Source: Ruditapes philippinarum (Eukaryota). From it: a stretch of 64,000 nucleotides of DNA. Where the stretch lies: positions 1 through 64,000 of the forward strand of contig NW_026856044.1 of the NCBI RefSeq assembly GCF_026571515.1, in the 5' to 3' direction. Positions 26,355 through 39,000 of the stretch are shown here, one piece after another. The first letter of the stretch is position 1, and the number at the start of each line of letters is the position of its first letter. The notes under the pieces were generated by a model that saw only the letters and a list, made by a program, of their open reading frames with translations, had not been told where the DNA came from and ran no database searches. The position numbers and the translations under genes were made by a program.

Positions 26355-29300
26355 GTACTGGTTAACGACCAAGTCAAGTGCTTCTTAATGACTAAGTTCA
26401 GTTCTGATTAACGACAGAGTCCAGTACTGGTTAATGACCCAAGTTTAACACTTGTCAATGATCAAGTCCAGTACTGGTTAATGAACAAGTCGGGTACTGG
26501 TTAATGATCAAGTCAAGTACTTGTTAATTACCAAGTCAAGTACTGGTTAACGATCAAGTCAAGTACTTCTTAATGACCAAGTCGAGTACTGATTAAAGAC
26601 CAAGTCCAGTTCTGGTTAATGACCAAATCTAGAACTGGTTCATGATCAAGTCCAGTACTGATTAATGAACAAGTCAAGTTCTAGTTAATTACCAAGTCTA
26701 TAACTGGTTAATGACCAAGTTAAGTATTTGTAAATGACCAAGTCAAGTACTAGTTAATGACCAAGTCTAGTACTGTTAAATGATCAAGTCTAGTACAGGT
26801 TACTGACCAAATCAAGTACTTGTAAATGACCAAGTCAAGTACTAGTCAATGACCAAGTCTAGTATTGGTAAATGATCAAGTCAAGTACTGGTTTATGACC
26901 AAGTCTAGAAGTGGTTTATGATCAGTTCAAGTACTGGTTAATGACCAAGTCTTGTACTGGTTAACGACCAAGTCAAGTAGTAGCTAATGACTGCGTCTAG
27001 AGTACAGGTCAATGACTAGTCCAGTACTGGTTAATGACTAAGTCATGTACTGGTAAATGATCAAGTCTAGTACTGGTAAATGATCAAGTCTAGTACTGAT
27101 TAATGATCAAGTCCAGTACTGGTTAATGAACAAGTCAAGAACTGGTAAATGACCAAGTCAAGAATTGGTTAATGACAAAGTTTAGTAATGGTTAATGACC
27201 AAGTCAAGTACTGGTTAACGACCAAGTCAAGTACTTCTTAATGACCAAATCTATTACTGATTAACGACAAGGTCCAGTTCTGGTTAATAAACAAGACTAA
27301 CACTGGTTAATGATCAAGTCCAGTACTGGTTAACCCTTTTCCTCATGAGCATATTGTGAAAAATGGCCGTTTTCACTGAAAAGCCTCCTGTTACAAGTTC
27401 AAACTGCTATGAAACTATGAAAAATGCTTCAATACTAATATAACTTGGCACAAATATTGACTGGACCATTGCCTTTGTAACGACATGCTTAATCGTAAAT
27501 TTCCTGTTATCATGGCAACGAGGGGACATCTCAAAATTGCCAAAAATCAATATTTTGCCTCGATTTTTCTATCAAAATTTATTTCAAAGTGCTGCAACTT
27601 CTCAAGGGATTGAGAAAGGGTCAAAGGCTTTTAAGTGTTGGTTACACGTTACCTTATGATCGACCTGGGGTCATTTTTAGCCTTTCACAAGTACAAAATT
27701 TTCTTGGCTATGAGGGGGAATCCGATCCCCCTTCAAACCGCCCAAACAGAAGGGGGACATCCCCCTTTTGGCAACCCCCTGATGTATCTGTTGGATGGGG
27801 GGCGCCGCCCAAATAGTGCTCACTTTTTAGCAACATTTCTCAAACGAAGACATGTGTTTGGGGCCAAAATCAAAATAGGACATTTTTTCACTATTTCAGG
27901 CCTAAAAAAAGGGGGGTGGGGTCGAAAGTGCGTTGTTTCGCGTATATATGAGGTAACGGGTTAATGAACAAGTCAAGTACTAGTTAATGACCAAGTCTAG
28001 AACTTGTGAATGACCAAGTTAATTACTTGTAAATGACCAAATCAAGTACTTGTAAATGACCAAGTCAAGTGCTAGTTAATGGCCAAGTCTAGTACTGGTT
28101 AATGATCAAGTCTTGTACTGGTTTATGACCAAGTCTAGAACTGGTAAATGATCAGTCAAGTACTGGTAAATGACCAAGTCTAGAACTGATTAATGACCAA
28201 GCTAAGTACGTGAAAATGACTAAGTCAAGTAGTACTAGTTAATGACCAAGTCTAGTACTGGTAAATGATCAAGTCTAATACTGGTTAATGACCAAGTCAA
28301 GTACTTGTTAATGACCAAGTCAAGTACTAGTTAATGGCCAAGTCTAGTACTGGTTAATGATCAAGTCGAGTACTGGTTTATGCCCAAGTCTTGTACTGGT
28401 AAACGACCAAGTCAAGTACTAGCTATTGACCGGGTCTAGTACTGGTCAATGATCAAGTTCAGTACTGGTTAATGACCAAGTCATGTACTAGTTAATGACC
28501 AAGTCTAGTACCGGTAAATGATCAAGTCAAGTACTGATTAATGACCAAGTTAACTACTGGTAAATGACCAAGTCCAGTACTAGTAAATGACTGAGTCAAA
28601 AACTGGTAAATGACCAAGTCAAGTACTGGTTTATGACCAAGTCTAGAACTGGTTAATGATCAGGTCAAGTACTTGTTAATGACCAAGTCTTATACCGGTT
28701 AACGACCAAGTCAAGTTCTAGCTAATGACCAGGTCTAGTACTGGTCAATGACCAAGTCCAGTACTGGTTAATGACCAAGTCATGTACTGGTAAATGACCA
28801 AGTCTAGTACTGGTACATGATCGAGTCTAGTACTGGTTCATTACCAAATCATGTACTGGTAAATGACCAAGTCTAGCACTAGTAAATGACCGAGTAAAAA
28901 ACTGGTTAATGACCAAGTCAAGTTTTATTGATAACCAAGTCCTGTACTGATTAATGACCAAGTCTAGTACTTGTTAATGACCAAATGCAGTGCTACCAGT
29001 ATTAATTCATGACCAAGTCTAGTATGGGTTAATGACCAGGCCATGTACTGATTAATGACCAAGTCTAGTACTGGTTAATTATCAAGTCACGTACTTGTTA
29101 TTGAGCAAGTCTAGTACTAGTTAATGACCAAGACTAGTCCTGGTTAATGACCAAGTTAAGTACGTTAAGAACTGGTTAATGATCAAGTCTAGTAGTAGTT
29201 AATGACCAAGTTTAGTACTGGTAACTGGTAAATGATCAAGTCTAGAATTGGTTAATGACCAAGTCCAATACTGGTGAATGATCAAGTCTAGAACTGGTTA

Positions 29301-29533
29301 AGGACCAAGTCTAGTACTTGTTATTGACCAAGCCTAGTACTGGTTAATGACCAAGACTAGTACCAGTTAATGACCAAGTTAAGTATTTGATAATGACAGA
29401 GACCAGTACTGGTTAATGACCAAGTCAGTACTGGTAAATGATCAAGTCTAGTGCTCGTTACTGACCAACTCCAGTACTGGTTCATGACCAAGTCAAGTAC
29501 TGATTGTCGACCAAGTCCTGTACTGGTTGTCGA
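26355..29533. repeat. 23-bp satellite array (about 110 units), interrupted by a piggyBac-like element
   Basis: Consensus GTACTGGTTAATGACCAAGTCWA, head-to-tail with no unique spacers. Confidence 0.97.
27334..27960. mobile_element. Non-autonomous piggyBac-like DNA transposon (627 bp)
   Basis: TTAA target duplication (27330-27333 and 27961-27964). Termini CCCTTTTCCTCAT...ATGAGGTAACGGG form a 13-bp TIR with 2 mismatches. A second, truncated copy lies at about 55804-56240. Confidence 0.85.
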
Positions 29534-31035
29534 CAGTATATAAACTATCTCGAATATAAAAATATTGCAACAATGTTCGTTTAGAATAGAGTTTTACCGA
29601 TATATTATGAACAATATTTACAGAAATATCCGTTGGTCAAGTAAATAATTGTTTTTTTTAGAGTAACATAAATTGAATAAATTTATGGCAAAATTTCAAG
29701 TTTTTTTTTTATTTGAACCTGTTCAGTGACCATTTGCACCTGAATATGTGACACATTAAAGTCCCATTATGCCTCAGAAATATTTTCTTTTTATTTCTCA
29801 AAGTTTTTTAATATTTTTGGTGTATTTCTATAGTTCAAGAAAATTACTTATTGACCAGTTATCTGAAACATGTTTTGCACCTGATGCTTTTTGGAAACTA
29901 TTATACTTAAAGTGAATAAGTATTTTATATTGAAGGCAAAATACTTCTTTGTTTACATTTCATTTTGCTACTTTTATGACAAATTATTTCACATTGATCG
30001 CTATTCCTTCAGGTTTAAATCATCTAACATGCTCTTAATCATTATTTATACGTCATAAAATTCAGTTTTGCCTTTTCTAAAAAAAAATAGAAATATTCGT
30101 TACTGAGGAATTATGTGACTTTCAGAGAAGTACCTGTATGGTCAGCTTTAATAAACGCTGCGCTATGACGCTATGGCGTTACAAAATTATAATCGACAGG
30201 TTTAATTTAATTGTTCTGTAAGCCAAGAAAACCTTGATCATGCAATATACAATGCTTGGCAGAAAAATCACGACAAGGCTGACCCTTCTTAAGATTCAAC
30301 TTTCTTCTTAATATTTCCATTATTACATCAACTTTGAAATTTTGAAATATTATCAATATGATGTCCAAGTCGTCTTTCAAAAAAGGGTGTTTTTTTCAGC
30401 CGAACGTGAAATATTTTTACCCCATCTTTTAGACACTTGCTTTTAATTTGTGCTTTTTAAAATCCTATTTGATTAAACATCTTGTCAAAACACATTGTGA
30501 ATCATTTAACAACATGAGCACCTTGGAAACAACATCATATAAACTACTTGAGTTAAACCATTTTAAAACTAAATGGTTTAATTACTTAAACATGCTTCAA
30601 AGCGATAAATTTGTTTAATGTTTCTTACCTATATTCAAAGTATGAATAAAAAGTTAATGAGTATAAGAAAACACCAGAGCCAGGTCGTTTATGGGACAGA
30701 TAATAGGATCAACTTCAGAAAAAATATAAATACATTTAATTCTGAAAGTATTTCAATCTAATACAAAGGCTTAATAATAAATTCGAAAGAGTTTACAAAT
30801 CAAACAGATAGAAGAATCAAAATAGACAAAATACACTGGCACATAAGGACTCGAGGAATACATTCTTCATCGTTACAAAATACTTCTCATAAATGTAGAT
30901 GTTTACACGGTTTTAATAAATAGCTTAAATTAAAGATATACTATGCTAATCTTTGAGAAAATAGTTTTATCGCAGAAATTTATCGAAATTAATGAAATGT
31001 TTACTTAATATACCTAAATTGATTTTAACAATGTA

Positions 31036-32401
31036 AACAAGAGCCATATCAACATGGCCATCCCCGCCGAATGTGTTTGCTCATTGGAAGAATGTTTATG
31101 TAGTAGAGCAGAATAATTCCATTTTAAGAGGTCTTTTGGTAATGAAAACTGATGGCTATAGTGATTACAGATTTGAAACCTATGTGAATACTGATGGTTG
31201 AAAATAACAAAGGGCAATAACTGAAAAATAATGCAGGGTAGGTTATCATTCTTGTGTGCTGCATCCCTCCTCAGTAAAATCTATCCATCTTGGAAGTTTC
31301 AAGTTGATACCTCAAATAATTTTGAGAAAAAATTGTATTGAAAAATTAAGTATGAAAAATAACAAAGGGCAATAACTCAAAAATTATAAAAGGTAGAGTT
31401 ATCATTCTTGTGCACTGCACACCTCCTGAGTTAGATCTATGCACCTATGAAGTTTCATGTTGATATCTCAAAGGCCTTTTGAGTTATGCTCTGGACAAAA
31501 ATTAATTTTGAAAAATAACAAAGGGCAATAACTAAACAATTATGCAGGGTAGAGTTATCATTCTTGCTGTGCACTGCACTCCTCCTCAATAAGATCCATC
31601 CAGCTATAAAGTTTCAAGTTGATACCTCAAATACTTTTTGAGATAAGCTCCGGACAAAATAGCATGAAAAAGAACAAAGGGTAATAACTCAAAAATTGTA
31701 TAGGGAAGAGTTATCATTCTTCCGCACAGTATTGCTCCTCAATAAGATCTATCCACCTATGACATTTCATGTTGATATCTCAAACACTTTTTGAGTTATG
31801 CTCCACTCAGGTGAAAAATTAAGTATGAAAAATAACAAAGGGCATTAATTCAAAAATTATGAAAGGTAGAGTTATCATTCTTGTGCACTGCACACCTCCT
31901 GAGTGAGATCTATGTACCTATGAAGTTTCATGTTGATATCTCATAGGCTTTTTAAGTTATGCTCTGGACAAAAATTGATTTTGAAAAATAACAAAGGGCA
32001 ATAACTCAAAAATTATGCAGGGTAGAGTTATCATTCTTGTGCACTGCACTCCTCCTCAATGAGGTCTATCCACCTATGAAGTTTCAAGTTGATAACTCAA
32101 ATACTTTTGACATATGCTCCGGACAAAAATGTCGGACGGAAGGACGGACGGACGTTCTCACAGGACAGTAATTATGTGGCTACTCTATTGTTCTCTCTAT
32201 TGTTCTTTTTAGCCACGTAAAAGAAAATAGCCACATAAAAGCATTACGGAATGAATGACATCAAAGAGAAAGAACAGTTACCTATTGTCCCTCTAGCCAC
32301 ATAATTACTCTCCTGTGAGTGCGGACGGACGGATGGACGGACGGACGGACGGACAGAGACTATTACTATATCCCCCGCCGCCTTTTCGGCGGGGGATAAT
32401 A
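31036..32401 (+). mobile_element. Helentron-associated non-autonomous element (HINE; CvA/pearl-like architecture) with internal ~155 bp tandem repeats
   Basis: 5' acaagagc...atcccccgccg, then six ~155 bp units (aaaataacaaagggcaataactc... at about 31201, 31357, 31512, 31668, 31831, 31986), a (GGAC)n microsatellite and a 3' hairpin atcccccgccg...cggcgggggat. Confidence 0.8.
32155..32321. mobile_element. Small MITE nested in the (GGAC)n tract of the HINE
   Basis: TIRs ctcacaggacagtaattatgtggcta / tagccacataattactctcctgtgag. The GGAC repeat resumes on both sides. Confidence 0.75.
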
Positions 32402-33051
32402 AACACTATGTAAACACTAGGTACAGGAAACTGCAATCCCTATTGCGGGTCAAGTAAATAAAGTTGTTCCTTTTCTTTAAAAAAAACGTTATTTTTATTT
32501 TTCTTTTAATCACAAAGAGACAGTGTATCAATTTTCAACGTCTTCAAATTTGAGCATGATATATCTTTAGCAATATAATATTATCACTTTTAATAGGCAT
32601 GATTTTATGATACTGATTAATACAAAATATAGAACATAAGCGCCTATGATACTGGTATCAAAGAATCAATATTATTTGAAAAGGTTACTCTAAATACAGA
32701 ACATCATTGTGACCCGTAATTTGGAAACGCAAAAGTATACGACAAATAATGATGATACATGTATATAATTATAATTATCCGAGGTATGGCAGAAAAAGAC
32801 AAAAATAAAACAATATAAAAAATGGCATCAAAATCAACATATTATTATTTCAATAAATCACCAATGATCCATGAGCATTACATTTACATCAATATAACAT
32901 GGAATCAATTAATACATACATGGCAAGATGGCTAATATCAAATAAATACTTGAGCAAAAATATCAGTGTAATAATTGAGGCATGGATAAATGCCGAACTA
33001 GAAGCACAACCCTATTTGTACGGGAGAATATCAAGAAAGGTTCCGTACGTA

Positions 33052-36000
33052 CTACGTCCCAGCTACCTTGAATTCATTTAAATAGCAGCCAGCTAGAATA
33101 GTTGATATTATAATGAAAGGAGCGACGATGAAAATTAAAAGCACTTTATAGCTGATAAATCCTTGGCTCGACTCTTTCATATAATCTTGAGTGTTTTCTC
33201 TAGAATTCTCTGAAAGATCATTTATCACATAATGTTTAAACCTGCTATACCACTCAGTTAGATTAAAAAATTCCTGCTCTTTCAAGTTATTATTCTCATC
33301 ATAATGCACGTTATAAAATCTCTCTGAGGGGTTGTGTGATGTTCCATATAACGTTAATGCAACTCTTTGCAGTTTTAACAATTCTGAAAAACATAATGAT
33401 ATTGCTATTGTTAATATAATACTATACAACATTTCTGTCAAATTTACAACTGAAAACAACTTGAAAATAACAAATTAATCAAACATTTAGGTTGTTTTCG
33501 ATAATAAAACATGGAACATTTTAAATATCAGATACGTACCATAATCAAGATGATTGCTCTTATGAACAATCAGAACCCAATGTCCAGTAGGATTTTCTCC
33601 CCAAAAGTGTACTGATGTGTAATTCCAGTATCGTTTACCATGATATGAGTTAGTTTTGTAATCATGTTTCCCGTCATAGGCTTTCTTGTTTAGTAAAAGT
33701 GAGCAGGAATTCGACGGCGAACAAAGCAATATGTCCAACAAAGCTTCAAACTGTTTATCATATTTCAGCTCTACTTGTACATGCTCCAAGAAATTCACAC
33801 ATTGTTCACTCTTTTCACATGGTCCGACTTGAGCTGTTACAGCTATCGCATCTTGATGGAGTAGCCTAAAATATAAAAGTAAAGACCAATAGAATTTATT
33901 AAAAATTATGAATACTTGTGTATGATCAAAAAGTTCACGGTCCGATATAGTTCTAGCCACTACACTGACATTAACACACGATACGTCGATACGTTACACG
34001 CGGTTTTATAGAGATTAAGTAACATAAAACACACTTTGATCAGTAAAAAGATGTATCATTTAGACCAAATGGAGAAAGTTGAAATCAGATCAGTCATTAA
34101 GTACCTCTGTACGAAAGGGATGTCCCCAAAGAAGTCCATGAAGACTTCATGGATACACTTGGGAAGGTGTCACCTTCCTATGCACTGTGACAAAATGGGC
34201 TGCTGAATTTAAGAGAGGCAGGGAGAGCATTGGAGAGATGAGCGGCCTGGGCGGCCAAAAAAGGCCACCAACTATGAAACTGCCGAAGCTGTGCACGATC
34301 TGGTCATGTGCGACAGAAGGCAAGACATGCGAAGCATTTCTATTGAAGTGGGTATAAGCTTTGGTTCAGTTCAGGCAATTCCAGACTGATATCCATGGCA
34401 TGTCAAAGGTTTCCGCTAGACAAGTTCCCAAGACAGTTGACTGACAACCAGAAACGGAGAAGCCTTGATATTTCAAGATATCGTTTGTCTCGCTACGAGG
34501 ATGAAACTGATTTTATCTACCAGAACGTAACTAAGGAAGAAACATGAATCAATCACTCCGATCAAGAATCCAAAATAACAGAGCATGCCATGGGAGCACT
34601 CTGGCTCACCCCATTTGAAAAAATCCAAGAGGCTGCCGTCAGCAGGGAAACTGGTGGCTTCAATTTTTGGGCCAGTCAGGGGATACTCATGATTGACTAT
34701 CTTGAGCAAGGTGGTACTATATTCGATACGTTTTATGCAGATGAATTGAGACGTCTGCGTCAAGGTCAAGAAATCGCGCCGCGCGTAAAAGGAAGGACAA
34801 ACGGACTCAAGGCGTTCTGCTTCTGCACGACAATGCGCCAGCTCACACATCATGAGTTGCAATGCTGCTGTAACTGACTGTGGCTTTAAAATTCTTCCCC
34901 ATCCTCCATATTCTCCGGACTTGGTCCCCTCTGACTTCTACCTACTTCCGAAACTGAAAACCAAGCTTCGTGGTAGACATTTTGGAAGCATTGAAGGTGT
35001 CATAGAAGGAGGTCAATGAATTCTTTGAGGACCAAAATAGAGAGTTCTATTTTGGAGGATTAAAGTTGGAGCACAGGTGGGCAAAGTGCATTGATGTAGA
35101 GGGCGATTTTATTGAAAATTAAGACCATAAGTTGGATTCTCTGACTTCTTTAAGTACATCGGGCCAATAACTTTTTGATCAATCCTCGTAAATCTTAGAA
35201 TATTGTGGGTATTATAAAACAAAGTGTGTTTATAAGTAAGTCTTCTGTAAAGCTTATTTTACTAATAAGTTTTGTAATAACTGTTAAATTGCATAGTTGG
35301 CGTATTTACACTGTTTTGTAAAGTTCTCATTTACTTCTTCATTTGAGCAAATATCTAACCAGAAAAAAATCATTTTAGCGCGCTTTGTAAGATATTTGGC
35401 AATTTGTACACGGGTGGCGCTTTTTCAGTTTTTACTACTAAGTACTGACCCCAATTATATACAAACAATATCGGGAAGTTCTTGCCCTTTAAGTCTGGCA
35501 TCTTATTAAAATCTGGAAACAAAGTGATCCCTTGGAAGCATTAATCACAACAAAATTACATAAGAATTGCAGACTCGGTTTGATTTAGTCTGTACATGAG
35601 GGATACTGTAAAGTGCAACATCCCTCATGCCCCCTAGCACCGGCTTGAGCGGTACTCAATTCTCAACACTTAATAGTGCTGGCATCAATGATCCCGATGA
35701 ACCAGAAAAATATATATACACTGAAGTGAAGTACGGGGCAACTTTTTACAGCTGCCAAACAGCACTTGACACCTGCTGTTGTGAAGTATAAAAATCTGGA
35801 AACAAAGTGATCCCTCGGAAGCATTAATCACAACAAAATTACATAAGAATTGCAGACTCGGTTTGATTGAGTCTGTACATGAGGGATACTGTAAAGTGCA
35901 ACATCCCTCACGCCCCCTAGCACCGGCTTGAGCGGTACTCAATTCTCAACACTTAATAGTGCTGGCATCAATGATTCGATGGACCAGAAAAATATATATA

Positions 36001-39000
36001 CACTGAAGTGAAGTACGGGGCAACTTTTTACAGCTGCCACACAGCACTTGACACCTGCTGTTGTGAAGTCTAAAATTTTGGAAACAAAGTGATCCCTCGG
36101 AAGCATTAATCACAACAAAATTACATAAGAATTGCAGACTCGGTTTAATTGAATCTGTACATGAGGGATACTGTAAAGTGCAACATCCCTTATTAAATCA
36201 GATTTTCCACAGAAGCAACATTAGTTTTTGTAGCAGCAATCTTACGCTGACCGGGGCAGGGCCTCTGTTATGTCTGTTTTACCACTTTAAATGTTTCTTG
36301 CCAACTATACAACACAGAGGCTCATATATCTGTGAAGCTGATACATTATACCTTTAATATAAAACCCTTTTTCAAAGTTTGACGCACTTCTCATTGAACT
36401 TGCAGTATAAGAGCTAAATAACTACACCTATTGGAATTTCCAATAACTTTCGAAAGACCTCGTGAAAATTTTCAATTTGGTATTATTCATACCCTCTCTA
36501 CATGAAATATCCACATTTTTACATAATTAAAAAAAACACAGCTTAGAGGCGCATCAGTGACACAATTCAATGAACTTTCATCCGATTATTTGACAATGAT
36601 AATATATTCAAACCTGAAGAGTAAATCTAAGAGTATATGAAGTAATTTGTCAACACACATTTTGTTTTATAATTCATATAGTAATTGACGGTTTTGTGGT
36701 TCAGTCAGCAATACTTACCGATTTTCTCTTTTTGTTTCGTATACTGTAGTTTGTATTTGAAGTGGTACAGTCGACCATTTTTCAGCCAACAATGCCATAG
36801 CCGTAGCATTCATCAATCCAAATCCAAAGAAAGAAGTATCTACAAAATTCACATATTCACATTTGAAGGTTTATTATGCAAACCAGTTATTTTTCAACTT
36901 ACTTCTGACATTGCAACAGCACAAGTTTACTTCAGCTTTATCCAGCATAATTATGTAAACAACCTGGTGTGTTTTGTACATTTATGATCCAACTTATCGA
37001 ATTTATGTGATTAATATTAGCAGTATTATTCAAATGTCATGAAATGTTTCAAAAGATTTACTCTCACTTTGAACTTAATAGTGTGCATTCTATCGAAAGT
37101 CTTTCGAGTAATTAATATTTTAAAAAGAGGCCCCCGTGACCAAGTTAGTGGTTATGGTCGTTTACCGCTCGTCCTTGAAACAATGCACAGATGTCATCTT
37201 CCACTATTTAAGCTTGGAAATAGCTGTATTATCTTTCCTGCATTGGTGTGACTTAATCAAAGTAAGAAAAATCTGGAAACAATGTGATCCATCGGAAGCA
37301 TTAATTACAACAAAATTACATGAAAGTTGCAGACTCGGTTTGATTGAGTCTGTACATGAGGGATAATGAATAAGTGCAATATCCCTCACGCCCCTAACAC
37401 CGGCTTGAGCGGTACTCAATTCTCAACACTTAATAGTACTGGTATCAATCAAGTGACAGTTTAAAACGTCGAAAAAACATTGTCTATAAAGATACGCTTT
37501 AGAATTTTCGAGCTGTTGCAAATAATAATTATTATATAAAATTACCATATTTTTCACGGCTTCCATTTTAATAAATCCTGTATTATTTATCTAATAATTT
37601 CATGTATATTCTTATGATGCATCTACACGCGAATACAGTGATTATTCCCGAAGCATATATGCATTTATTTTATATTTTAATGTTACCCTTAACTGCAAAT
37701 AGTTATAACTCAAAAGCACTTAAGTTCTTCCATTAGGTGTATTAATGCTAACGTCATATGATATCATGAAAACTGTTGTAAACCTACATTAAGGTTAAAT
37801 TGCATGTATTTGATTTGATTATTTGAAAGTGTCGTGTCTTCGAGTATTTACATATCAGCTTACACTGTAGCCCGGCAGCATTTTTCATTAGTCTTCCGAC
37901 TCTTCCGGTATGTTCAAGTCTTTCGTGAGAAGAAGATAGTACAATTATGTGTTGAATATCTCTCCAAGTCAGCTCGGGACTGAAAAAGTAAAAAACGTTC
38001 CAAAATATCTCAAGTCTATTTTTGTTTATAAATATTATGCAGCAGATTAAATATAATATGCATAAAAGTGTATACAATGTATAGATTTACATATTCTTAG
38101 CAGCTCCATATTATTTTATTCATAACTAAAACACCAGGCCCTTTTCATTTTTTTTAAATAAATTGTATATTTGTTTTACTAACGAAGATTGATCGAAAAG
38201 TTCTAGGCCCGATGTACTTCCGGAAGTTAGAGAACCAAAATAAATGGTCTTACTTTTCAATATAATAGCCCTCTACATCAATGCACTTTGCCCACTTGCG
38301 TTCCAATTTGTTTAACCCTTCAAAATAGAACTCTCTTTTTTGGTCTCTCTATTTTGGTCCTCACAGAACTTATTGACCGCCTCCATGACACCTTCATGCT
38401 TCCAAAACGTGTACCACGAAGTTTTGTTTTCAGTTTTGGAAACAAGTAGAAGTCAGAGGGGTCAAGTCCGGAGAATATGGGGGATGGGAAAGAATTTCGC
38501 AGACAGTTGCAGCAGCCATTGCAACATGGGATGTGTGAGCTGGCAGATTGCCCCTCCTTTTACTCGCAATTACTTGACGCAGTCGTTTCAGTTTGTCTGC
38601 ATAGTACGTACCGTTTATGGTACGACGTTGCTCAAGATAGCCAATCATGATTATCCTCTGAATATTCCAAAAAATTGAAGCCATCATCTTTCCTGCTGAT
38701 GAAACCCTCTTTTATTTCTTCGGAAGGGGTGAGCAGGTGCTTCCACTCCATGCTCTGATTTTTTGGATACTATCCGGTAGATAAAATCAGGTTCATCCTC
38801 GTAGCGAGACGTTTCTGGTTGTCAGTCAACTGTCTGGGGACCCATCTAGCGGAAACCTTTGACATGCCATAGACATCAGTCAGAATTTCCTGAACTGAAC
38901 CAAAGCTTATACTCACTTCCCTAGCAATGCTTTGCAATTCTCGCCTTCTGTTGCACATGACCAGATCGTGCACAGCTTCGGCAGTTTCATCGTTGGTGGC

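Noticed and set aside
27589-27964. ORFs inside the piggyBac-like element
   Set aside because: No transposase motifs, and not conserved in the second copy at 55804.
26355-29533. CRISPR-like array of 23-bp palindromic repeats
   Set aside because: Units are contiguous with no unique spacers, there are no cas genes, and the context is eukaryotic. It is a satellite.
33915-35188. Functional or domesticated mariner transposase
   Set aside because: All three copies have multiple frameshifts and stop codons.
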